64,000 nt of DNA from Antedon mediterranea (taxonomy: Eukaryota; Animalia; Echinodermata), in contig NC_092670.1 in NCBI RefSeq assembly GCF_964355755.1, positions 32,724,388-32,788,387 on the forward strand, written 5' to 3'. The first letter of the stretch is position 1. Every line of letters begins with the position of its first letter. The notes under the pieces are model-generated. The model did no database searches. It worked only from the letters and a program-made list of their open reading frames with translations, and was not told where the DNA came from. Shown here piece by piece: positions 12,644-24,399 of the stretch. Both the position numbers and the translations under genes were made by a program.

Positions 12644-15600
12644 ATAGTTAATTAAGGAAGGTGCGAAGTTTCATTGAAATACAACAATTAGAATACCCTT
12701 TTACTAAGGCGTAAACATAAACGCCCTGTTTATTTGTTTGCATTTGTCATTTCCTGTTACTTAAATTTAAAAGCATTTTTCTCAAAACACTGATTGTAGC
12801 AGCCAAAACTTTAGACTGATATATCTCTGGAAGTACATGGTATCAAGATAATTTTTTCATTAATTTTCACTCTTACCGTCTACAGTAGTAACAATCCAAC
12901 AAATGTATATTATATCATTGTTCTATATAGATATATTTGTATAATAGCTTTGGTATAATTAAACTTGTGATTATATAATTGTTTAAAAGAGAAAGAATAA
13001 AATTGTTATTGTTGATAACAACGGAATGTTATCAGTATCGGTGTAAAAATAATAGGTTGATGTTTGATGATTAACATTTACTTTAGATTTCTTGGTTTTT
13101 TTTAAAACATTAATTTTGTAGGCGTTTGGCGTATTTATTTAAAGAAGTTGTTAAATTTCCAAAACGTAAAAATTTAAGTTTTTATAATTAACAACTTTAA
13201 AAAAAAATATCTTCACTCAAAATCAATTTCAATTAACAATTTAAAAATAATAGATTAAAACAATACATAGAAATAAGAGTTTAATCAGATAAAACTTCCA
13301 AGAAAATCAAATTAAAAGGCAGAAAAGACAAGAAATTCAAATTATGGACTTACGCTCTCAGATTAGACTGGCAGTGAATTTAAACACTTCCAATTTGATT
13401 TGATTTGATTTGATTTATTTCGGCATCAGTACATAAAATATCACAGACATACAATTAAAATTAGCAAATATAAAAATACCAAAATAAAACAAGGATAACT
13501 CATAAAAGTCCTCTACGGACTTGTTTCCAATGAGGTCCTTTGAAAGAACAGCAAAAGACAAACAATGCAACATATAAAAATTACAAAAAAACAGCAAAAA
13601 GGACAATCGAAAAAAGAAGAAGCGCTTATTAAATAGTTTCTAGAGCTAGAGAACGTTCCTGTAGATACTTTTTAACTTTACTTTTAAAACAACAAACAGT
13701 TTGTGATTCCTTAATGTTAATTGGTAAATTATTCCATTCTTTAATAGCATTGTAAAAAAAGGTCACATGTGCCATTGGCTTGATAGTTGGGATTCTAAAA
13801 TTAAAATTGCATCCCCTAGTATTGTAATTATGACTGTATGAAATTCTAATAAAACGATTGCATAAATAAGGTGGACAACAATGATTATATATTTTAAAAA
13901 CATGACAGACTCTAAGAATTTCGACACGGTCTTGGACTTTTAACATACCAACGTCGTTTAGCTGAGATTGACCAACATGAGATCGGGGACCTAACTCTTT
14001 TATAAAACGAACCATTTTGTTTTGAGTCGTTTGTAATTTTGATTTTAAATTTTTATTTACCGTAGAAGACCATGAGCAAACCGAATAATCGAACATCGGT
14101 TGGATTAAAGCAAAACTAAGAATTTTGCGACAATGTGAATTAAGAAATGATGATTGGCGGTACAAAAATTTCAGTCTGCCGTTTGCTTTGTTTATAAACA
14201 TAAAATTATTAATCTTTTTCGATCTGGTTTTTTAAGTTGTTACTTTTCTTGAATGTAAGTAATTCCAAATAATTTAGCAACAATTTCGGATAATAAGGAA
14301 CAACGGTGCATCAAGATACATCTTTAAAAATTTAAACGCAGTGGTGACCATGGTTACTGTGAGTATTGTATTGAACGGCAATAGTTGAATTTGTGACCTA
14401 TTGTGCATATTCTTAATCAAAGATGAAGAATTGGTTAAATTGATAGACTTGCAATAAAATTGTATGTTCTCATCAAATGGAATAATTTTAATTAAAATTG
14501 ACATTAAATAGTTCAATTATTCGTTCAAATATAAGAGAAAATCCCCCAAAAAACTTAGCTTCACGTGTATTTCATAGAATATAAAAATAAAAAAAATGAA
14601 ATATTATTATTTGAAAAATAGAATTATTTAACCGCGTTTAGGAATACAAGTTATATTATTTTAGTTTAAAAAAATCTGCCCATGACTACTAAACAATTAG
14701 CACTATAACGATTTCCGTATACCTGAATTTGGCGTAGTCGCAAAAACTCTCAAAACGCTGATTGATTTGTAGGTGTGCGTGCTTGTTCGTTACTTCGATT
14801 GCTTCTCTGTCTTATACCGTGTCGTAAATATATAAATAGAGTTCGCAATTGACACGGAATTATGATTTTGACATGTTTTATTGTATGATTCCCTTTGATC
14901 ATGGCTGTTTTCTCATTATTGATAATTCGAAATACCAATGTATTATTCTGATGAGATTACGCACTACAGTACGAAGATGATTTTTCAAAATCATTCAACC
15001 GCATTTAAACGTGAGACAATTACGTTTTATGAAATATGACTTCTTATTTTTATGAGCGCATGCGCTGCGTAAACGTTGTTTTCATTGTGCTTCTGTCAAA
15101 TTGAGAAACAATATGTGATGTTTATTGTACATTGTTGTCTTTATTTCATTCAAGTAAACAATGGTGAAATTGACAACTATTCATAATAATAACAAAGAAA
15201 AAATATACACAGTATAACAAAAACAATCAAGTTACCAATTTAGAAAAAAACAAAAAAACAATACTGTTGAGCAGCTACTGGGGTCTTACGCTAGGCAAAT
15301 GTAAAAAATAAGGTGGACACGAGTCGACCTTTCCAAAATTCAGTACAATATTCTGCTGGCATTTACTTTAGTGGCACACACCTTTCGGTGTAGTCTGGGT
15401 TCCAGACGGAGTTTTGATTTAATTTATTAAAAAGATAAATATTTTGGCACATGTGGCATTTCATACGTATACTACTTGAGCTTGTATTTTCAGACAAAAT
15501 TGAATCGTCGACTGATTGACAGACTTGGGGCCAGTCTACTTTCGGCGTTGCGTCCATACAATGAACAACAAAATATACAAAGTAGGCTATAAAAGGAAAA

Positions 15601-15640
<40 letters not shown>

Positions 15641-16041
15641 CAGTAGGCCTATTCACAAACCATTTCGCACGTACAGTAAATATGGTATAATAACCCATAG
15701 CTGTTTATTTTTTAATTTTAATGTCAATCAATGAGAAATAAATATGTAAAGAAAACAAGATAAATCGCAGTAATTAACCTTGGATACTGTGATTAATTTT
15801 ATTGAACGTCAATCTTCTGTTGTGTGTACAAATTATTAATTAAAGATAACGTATAGATTACATTTTATCAAATTTCATAATAATTGTATGTTAGTTAAAT
15901 TGACATGATTGTATATTTCATTTATTCATTCATATAAAATTTACACTTAATAATATGTATATTAATAAATCTAGTTCAAACTAGAACGAGCGAAATGCAT
16001 AGACCAAGAAATCTGATTTGGAGATGCATGAGAGGAGGTGA
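12644..16041. repeat. Segmental duplication, copy 2
   Basis: Matches 3707-7125. Confidence 0.95.
13393..14203 (-). mobile_element. Duplicate of the truncated CR1/L2 LINE
   Basis: 190-aa ORF nearly identical to 4698-5270, with the same truncation point and flanks. Confidence 0.9.
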
Positions 16042-16231
16042 CAGTAGGCTTATTCACAAACCATTTCGCACGTACAGTAAATATGGTATAATAACCCATA
16101 CCTGTTTATTTTTTAATTTTAATGTCAATCTTTGTTTGTTTAGTAGTTACGGTATAAAGTTTCTTCTCGCCAACAGTTGTTATAAGTACTAACGACATAA
16201 AATAAATTCAACAATAACACACAATACACAC

Positions 16232-16507
16232 ATCACAAAACTCCGGAGTTTACACACATCACACAAGGCCGGAGTTTACACACACCACAAAACCGCGGAG
16301 TTTACACACACCACAAAACCCCGGAGTTTACACACACCACAAAACACCGGAGTTTACACACGCCACAAAAACCCGGAGTTTACACACACCACAAAACCCC
16401 GGAGTTTACAAACACCACAAAACCCTGCAGTTTACACACACCACAAAACTCCGGAGTTTACACACACCACAAAACTCCGGAGTTTACACACACCACAAAA
16501 CCCCGGT
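16232..16507. repeat. 26-bp minisatellite, second array (about 10 copies)
   Basis: aaaac(c/t)ccggagtttacacacaccac units. Confidence 0.95.
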
Positions 16508-16552
16508 GTATGTAAACTGATTTAGCAATGTGTGAGAGAAAGTTAAGATTAC

Positions 16553-16757
16553 CTGTCAACTTTCCATCTATAACTTCGCATTCTACATAGAATGGTTCAA
16601 CACCTCGCTTAATTCCATCCGGATCAACAAGTAATGGACCGTTGTAACGTTTTACATCGAAAATAAGATGTTGGCAAGTTTGTGGAACATATGAGGTGTT
16701 TGCCCTTAAAGCCAGATGGAGGCATACCAGAACTGTGGGAAAGTGTACTATATACAT
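16553..16757 (-). pseudogene. Orphan duplicate of exon 1 of the fibrinogen-like/PAN gene (possible alternative first exon)
   Basis: 205-bp exon with intact ATG, frame and CAG|gtaatc donor, and 8 substitutions versus 9692-9896. No duplicates of exons 2-5 follow. Confidence 0.75.
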
Positions 16758-16879
16758 AGCTATGAAAGACAGAGGAGTAAGAATGGAATAATTATGTTTA
16801 TCAACAAAATTGGAACTTTTAACAACGTGTCATATGACGCGCTTCTAAGACCAATATCACATATGCTGCATTTTGAAAA

Positions 16880-17540
16880 CTAAATGGTCGTCCCCACAGA
16901 TGTTTCTCGAATACACAGTATTTTCAGCGTTTATTTAAATGTGCATACCGCAGGACTATAATTAATACGTTGTCGAAATAGACACGATGATTTATGTAGT
17001 CAACTAAAATTATTACCCTGGGAATTACTTCCGATAGAGAAACTTGTCACAAAATGAGTCTAAATTTTTGATTTTTACTCATTTAAACAAACCTAATTTG
17101 TGTTTTGTATATAACAAAGAGGAACAATTTTTAAATATATTCTTTATCCACGCAGTAACGATATATGTGTTCATGTTTTATATGCCTATAAATAATATAT
17201 TACTAAATACAGTAAACATTTGCGATTTAATACTTTGTTAAAACTGTCACTGTCATAGTCGATTAAAGTATTTAAGTAAACGTAACGATACACCACTGTG
17301 ACGTTATTAATTAATACCAACGTTGAGAAGCAACTGTCAGTAATAAAGTTTATTTGTATATTATGTGTTTAATTATTTATTCAGGTATAAAACTTACAAC
17401 AAGTAGCCGCAAGGCTAAAACGTTGCATTTACAAAATTACTGTACAATTTACTTACATAACAAACAAAAAAGATGTAATAAAGATGAAATAAAAGTACAA
17501 CAATATCACTCTATCTCTTTGGCTTTATGAACTACAGTAT
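16880..17540 (-). repeat. Duplicate of 10023-10715 (Helitron 3' part)
   Basis: Colinear with 10020-10715. Confidence 0.8.
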
Positions 17541-17684
17541 TATATATATCATATCATCATATGTAGTTTATTTTAATGTTTATAGTATTCTGGATGTTCT
17601 TACATTTTAAAATTTTGAAAATGTAGTCATATTATTTCCATTTCTTGAATCTCTTTCCATAAACAGGGACAAGTGCAAGCATAA

Positions 17685-17840
17685 AGTTCTGTCTACACTA
17701 TTTAACTAGTTTGACAAAATGTGATGTACTCAAATATAGTAGTAATATGCTAAAATATGGCAGTGATATGACATCATCATGTCCATATTGGGCACATCAC
17801 ATTTTTTTGTCACATAACGTTTGATAGTGCAGATAGAGCT
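17685..17840. mobile_element. PIF/Harbinger-type MITE
   Basis: Imperfect TIR agttctgtctacactat / atagtgcagatagagct flanked by TAA...TAA. Related copy at ~42380-42508. Confidence 0.65.
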
Positions 17841-19144
17841 TAATCAACAGAAGAAAATATAGATGTCTGCTGGCAAGGTAAATTGGCCATTGTCATAAGT
17901 TAGGAGGCCTATACTAGCACTTTTGCTTTTTGTTTCTAGTTTGAAAAGGGTACATGAAAATAGCTTGTCTAAGTGTTTTTTTTATACGATGTAATAAATA
18001 ATAATAATTACAATGTAATTAATGTATCTTTTATTGTGATATAACTTTAAACAATATGTATAATTGTATTTCTATTAAATTATGTTGAATATTTTATCGT
18101 TAAAGTTTAATGCAAATGGTCTACCGCTTACAGAATGTAACCTCATCATATTCATAACATGGTTAGTTCATTTGTGTTTATATTTTTATACATGAATATA
18201 TCTGAAATCGAAACACCAATACGAAAATGGTTTGAGATTTGAAAAAAAATATTATATAATTTGTTAGTGCTATAATTTCACGAAAGCCACAATAAAACAA
18301 ATGTTACGGAATGTAGCCGAATTTTATTCACCTGGTATGACTCTACCTCGTACAACCAATATAGGTTTATATTATGTTTTACTTAATTTGTGCTAGACTA
18401 GATAATGATGAGTCTAAAATCAATACACCAATACAACAATTGTTTGAGATTTGAAATTGTATGACATAATTTGTTATTCAATTCAATTCAAAGACAAAAG
18501 ACAAAGACAAAATGTATAAATAATCATGTTAAAAAAACAGTATCGCTTTTTGATGATGAACAACTCTAAAATGTATATAGGAAATGTTTTTTTTATTTAT
18601 TTTGTATCTATTATGTTGTGTTTATTGTTTTATGTTTTTTATGTAAAAGGGTCCTGCGAAAACAGAAGTGTAAACTTCTCTATGCAGGATCCTTGCCATC
18701 ATTTATGCTATGAAACTGTATTATAAACGATGAGTAAATTCAATTTCTTTATTGCTGCAAATGCCATCAAGGGCTAATATCCGCTTAAACATACTACATC
18801 ATACAAACATAATTATACATAGGCCTATTTACATTTAAAATTTAAACACATACATTTTAGTCATTACTACTGTAGTAGTTATTATTATTTTTAATTATTG
18901 TAATTATTATTAGTCATTTTATAAAGGTTAATATTAAATCTCATTATAAACGAATCAATACGGCAATAAACCAATTTTGAAGCTTTTGCTTTGTTTTTTA
19001 TAATAGTGCTGTCATTTAACAGTAGGTCTTTCTTCGATAACCGAACAAGACAAGATTAGATATACATGATTGTTGAAACCGGTCATAAATAAATTAGCAG
19101 TACCTATTTATTTGAGAAAGAATTGGATATGAAATTTAAAAGAA

Positions 19145-19692
19145 ATTTAAAATGAGTTACCAACGACGCAAAAGAAATGTAAAATGAGTTACCAGCGACG
19201 CAAAAGAAATGTAAAATGAGTTACCAACGACGCAAAAGAAATGTAAAATGAGTTACCAACGACGCAAAAGAAATGTAAAATGATTTACCAACGACGCAAA
19301 AGAAATGTAAAATGAGTTACCAACGACGCAAAAGAAATGTAAAATGAGTTACCAACGACGCAAAAGAAATGTAAAATGAGTTACCAACGACGCAAAAGAA
19401 ATGTAAAATGAGTTACCAACGACGCAAAAGAAATGTAAAATGATTTACCAACGACGCAAAAGAAATGTAAAATGAGTTACCAACGACGCAAAAGAAATGT
19501 AAAATGAGTTACCAACGACGCAAAAGAAATGTAAAATGAGTTACCAACGACGCAAAAGAAATGTAAAATGAGTTACCAACGACGCAAAAGAAATGTAAAA
19601 TGATTTACCAGCGACGCAAAAGAAATGTAAAATGAGTTACCAACGACGCAAAAGAAATGTAAAATGAGTTACCAATGACGCAAAAGAAATGT
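19145..19692. repeat. 32-bp minisatellite (aaaatgagttaccaacgacgcaaaagaaatgt), about 17 copies
   Basis: Directly visible, highly homogeneous, with no spacers. Confidence 0.97.
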
Positions 19693-19699
19693 ATCGAAA

Positions 19700-20197
19700 T
19701 GTACAGTTATCGTCCTGGAATGCAAATTAAACTAGGACACAATTTACTATTAGCTTTTGGTTTCATGCACTTGGTGGATATAATGGTATCAGCATTGAGC
19801 AAACGGTGGAGCAAACTGTCTTTAGCAATCACGATGGCGTATTTTCACATCAACGAAACACGACAACGGACAGATATACCACACAATTTCTGGGGAAATA
19901 TTTCACTCCAAAATATGTGAAAGTCGTGTCGAATACTTCGCTTAATGGCACCACGTAGTAATGACGTATGATGGTAAAACGTTTTTATTTTACGTAAATG
20001 GAGAGGTACCAGAAACATGCGTGGATTGCTGTATAGGGAGTTGTCCAATTTCTCAAACGAACATCTACGTCGGACAGTGCTCGGTTCAGTGTACCGAACG
20101 CCAGCAGTTTCATGGACAAATAGACGAATTGAGAATATTCAATGTGTCCTTATTTAGAATTGAAGTTAATAACTTACATCAAAAAGATCATCAATGA
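19700..20197 (+). pseudogene. Divergent LamG-family pseudogene fragment
   Basis: QFTISFWFH... then, after a frameshift, WHHVVMTYDGKTFLFYVNG...IYVGQC...FHGQIDELRIFN. Confidence 0.75.
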
Positions 20198-20861
20198 ATA
20201 TGTTTAATTAATTTGAATTAATTAATGTTTAATTTAATTAAAACTGTTTTTAAAGAATTATTTTTAATGTATGTAATATTTTTTGCCAAGTTGAAAACAA
20301 GAAAAAAAAAAATAAAAATTCGGCGTATTCGGTTATGTTTGAAATTTTTAAATACAAGAAATTTAAGCTAATTTTCTAGTCATAAAAAGATAACAAACTT
20401 ATTCTTATACTTATACTATAAGTCAAACGTCAACATTGGTATATTACAATAATATTGAAATGAATTTGACTAAAGAAAACAGAAACAAAGACAACAAAAA
20501 ATATGTCAGCGGTAGGACTATGCTCCTATTATCACAAACAATATCATTGATCGATTTCTTGTTATCAAATCTGAATCTTGGTAATAAAGAAACTACTTCT
20601 TACAATGGAATATGATTAAGCCAGCCAATTAGAAGTGATACTCGGAAATTTGTTTAATATAAATGGCATGGACCTAATGTTTAACAATACGAAGAGCTGT
20701 CATTAGTTATTCAGACAAGTTTATGAAGTGGTCGTAAACAATTGATCACCTAAATAACTAATATCTTAAGCTTCATTCACACTTGTTTTGTTTCCGAAAA
20801 TCATATTTATATTACACAGAATTGAACGGCGCCTGCTTATGTGAATATCACTGTAGATTAA

Positions 20862-22825
20862 ATGATTAAAATCTACTTGCAGGTAAGAGGGTGGAGAGGT
20901 TTCATCAAATTACAATACATTCTCATATATTACAGTTTGTGAAAGCAACAAAGCTTGACAAACAACTGAGAGTAAAGGTCCTAGAATCTTAATCTCTTGT
21001 TTCCATTTCCCGTACCATTTCTTTAAATTAATACATATTGTAATTATCGATTAAAAAAATAAACAAATAATTTTCTACTCAGGATTTGCCAGTCGCAGTT
21101 ATTAAAATTAGGTTTTTTTTATTTGTTTTTTGATATCTTTTCTTGCAGGAACTACTTGTTACTTGCGTTTTCTTAACATACGCTAACTCATGTTCAGTCG
21201 ATCACACACTGGTGAGAACTTCGGAAGGATATCGATGTGTTAAACTTGTTGAACATAAATGTTTTACACCGTCAAAACAACATACAGTTTATGAAGCAGT
21301 ATCTGTTCATACCGTGAATAATTCAACATCTTTTACAAATTCACCTTCAACTAAAAATTCACTACCAACTATAAATTCACTACCAACTACAAATTCACAA
21401 CAAAATACAAATTCACAACCAACTACAAATTCACTACCAACTACAAATTCACTACCAACTATAAATTCACCACCAACTACAAATTCACCACCAACTATAA
21501 ATTCACCATCTACTAAATATTCACCATCTACTACAAATTCACCATCTACTACAAATTCACTACCAACTACAAATTCACCACCAACTACAAATGCACCCCC
21601 AACTACAAATTCACTACCAACTACAAATTCACCATCAACTACAAATTCACCATCAACTACAAATTCACCATCAACTATAAATTCACTACCAACTATAAAT
21701 TCACCATCAACTACAAATTCACCATCAACTATAAATTCACCATCAACTACAAATTCACTACCAACTATAAATTCACCATCTACTACAAATTCACTACCAA
21801 CTACAAATTCACTACCAACTACAAATTCACCACCAACTACAAATTCACAACCAACTACAAATTCACCACCAACTACAAATTCACCACCAACTACAAATTC
21901 ACAACCAACTACAAATTCACTACCAACTACAAATTCATTACCAATTATAAATTCACAACCAACTACAAATGCACAACCAACTACAAATTCACCGCCAACT
22001 ACAAATTCACCACCAACTATAAATTCACCACCAACTACAAATGCACCACCAACTATAAATTCACCATCTACTACAAATGCACCATCTACTACAAATTCAC
22101 AACCAACTACAAATTCATCTTCTACTATAAATGTACAGTCTAATAGCATTGGAAACACGGAAGTTGGTAAAGTTACTACATCATATCGAACATGTGATAG
22201 CACATCTTATGCTATTTTGGTTCATTTCGCATTTGAAGGTGATACATGGACCAACAATGGCATTGGTAGAAAAATCTACGGTAATATTAGCGGTTCTGGA
22301 ATTGAATATCAAAATGGACTTCTCGGCCTTGGAATTGTGTTTACAGGTAACCAGAGAATGACGATTCCAATGCAAACATTTGAACTTGGACCTGAATTTT
22401 CAGTCAGTGTGTTCTTTCGACGAAATAGCGGTAGTGTTCACACTATAATAAACAATGGGTGTGGTAATGATCGTTGGCACATAAAAGCAATTTCAAGTCC
22501 AAGACCGATGTACGTTTTTGTTAAATTTACTAATAATGTAACATGTCTCTGTGAAATGGAAGCTAATAATGAATGGCATCATGTAGTTATGACGTATGAT
22601 GGCTTTGTGTTTCTATTTTACTTAGACGCTGTAATTCAAGAAGAATGCGTTACATTTGGTAAATTTCCAATATTAAATTCGGATATTTTTGTAGGTCAAG
22701 AAAGTGATGACTGTTTCTCTAATGGATTTTCTGGTATGATAGATGAATTGTTGATATTCAATAGTTGTGTGTCCACAGAGCTAATCCATATTTTATATAA
22801 CAACAGGAATACAAATATTGAATAA
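20862..22825 (+). CDS. Secreted mucin-stalk LamG/pentraxin-like protein, copy A; exon1 20862-20882 (inferred), exon2 21149-22825
   Basis: Acceptor ttttcttgcag|GAA. Candidate exon1 MIKIYLQ|gtaaga completes a signal peptide. About 44 hexapeptide TTNSPx repeats, then LamG motifs HFAFEG, FSVSVFF, WHHVVMTYDG, FSGMIDELLIFN. aataaa at the stop. Confidence 0.85.
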
Positions 22826-23297
22826 ACAAAGAAATAAGAATAATTTAGGACTACCTTTCAAATGTTCGAATTTCAATGACTGGTATCATTGTATGCTGTA
22901 TATGCCACTTGTATCTCCGAATTCAATAACAATCATTTTAATTATAATAATTATTATAGTACAGTATTATAGTTTGTCAAAAATCAAAGCTCGTAAAAGC
23001 AATAGTATTAATAATGTAAAAAATACTCTCAAATTGTTTTAAGTAAAATATTAGGAACTTGGGAGTTTATTTCAAAGGTTAATTGAAGAAGAGGTCAATT
23101 AGTATAAAGTTAAGCACGGTGGTATGTTACATTAGGTAGGTAGTTTTCTAGAAATTGTGTATTACTTTTGGTGTCTTACTGATGTTGTTATCACTATTGA
23201 TCGTTATGAAGTTTTTGAATTGTTTCAACTATTATAATAAGAATAAGAAATAAATATTATTTATTTTTACTCATATACTTAAAGTACCTGTCAATAA

Positions 23298-23451
23298 AGT
23301 TGACTATTTTGATTTTCCAGTTGGTAATTGCAAAAATTGATAAGCAATACAGTATAAAATGAACACGTTTTGTCAAAGCGTATTCGTTTTACTGTATTGC
23401 TTATCAATGTTGTATTCTCAATTACCAACTGGAAAATCAAAATAGTCAACT
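23298..23451. mobile_element. Palindromic MITE-like foldback (copies at ~27209-27362 and ~31108-31259)
   Basis: Perfect 33-bp TIR agttgactattttgattttccagttggtaattg, plus inner arms attgataagcaatacagta / tactgtattgcttatcaat. Confidence 0.8.
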
Positions 23452-24399
23452 AAAGTCAATAAGTAAAAGAAAAAAAAAACAGTAATCGATAGGACTGGGC
23501 TTTTTTTACTTATACCAATTTTCTTTGTGTTTCAATCATATAATTAGATATACTGATTTTATGACGTATAAGGACTATGATGTGCACGGAAAAAAGTGAG
23601 AAAAGTACTACTTTACGATTTTAAAATAGTGCGTGCTATTGCCCGTCATGTGACCTACAATCGTCCAATGCATTTACATAAATTTGTTTAGGTGTTATAT
23701 AATTATAATTGTTACATCGCTTTCAAAAATCAACATGGCCCATTCCTCGCTAAAGTAGATGTATATAAAATTAATAAAACAAATTTTATTCGGTAACTCC
23801 ATAACATTATTTGTACTACTGTATTGCATCCATAATTTATTATTTGTATATTATAGTACCTAAAAACGACAAGCATCTAATTTATTTGTGCTTTAGTTCA
23901 ACAGTAAGAATTAAAAGTATTAATATTTCAAACAATATTTCGCTATTATTATTTTCATTATTTGTAATAGAACCCGTACATTACTATAAATAACTTTAAT
24001 GTAATCATTACAAGTACACTATTGACAAATCGATTACTATATATATCGGAACACGTCATCATGAGTGAAATATATTTTTGAGGAAGATTTTATGGCAGAA
24101 AATATTAATTGTAGAATATAAAATTAATAACAAAACATATTAAATTATAGGACTACAAATTTGGTATTTGATACAACGTTTAAAAAAGTTATATTTTAGA
24201 TTGGAGAAATTTGATGTTTAATTAGAGTACACAGTATTACAGTAATGGACAGAATATTGTACAATTTAATAAGGGTACCAAATTCAAGAAACAGATTCAC
24301 TTAGCTTGCAGGCCACAAAAGAAACGGAGTTGATGCAGTTTGAAGATAGTAGCAGGGAAGAAATTTCAATTTTTCCCTAATAGTAGAATTTTGTACTAA

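Noticed and set aside
13629-14201. Two LINE copies as independent recent retrotranspositions
   Set aside because: Identical truncation point and flanks show one insertion copied by the segmental duplication.
19145-19692. 32-bp repeat as a CRISPR array
   Set aside because: Units are contiguous with no unique spacers, there are no cas genes and the context is eukaryotic.
21143-21148. TTG starts of ORFs 21143, 25361, 29256 and 33153
   Set aside because: TTGCAG is the splice acceptor. The true start is in the upstream exon.
21307-22203. Long antisense ORFs (VVGGEF repeats; also 25630, 29315, 33422, 49563, 53907)
   Set aside because: They are shadows of the sense-strand stalk repeats, which lack stops on the reverse strand.
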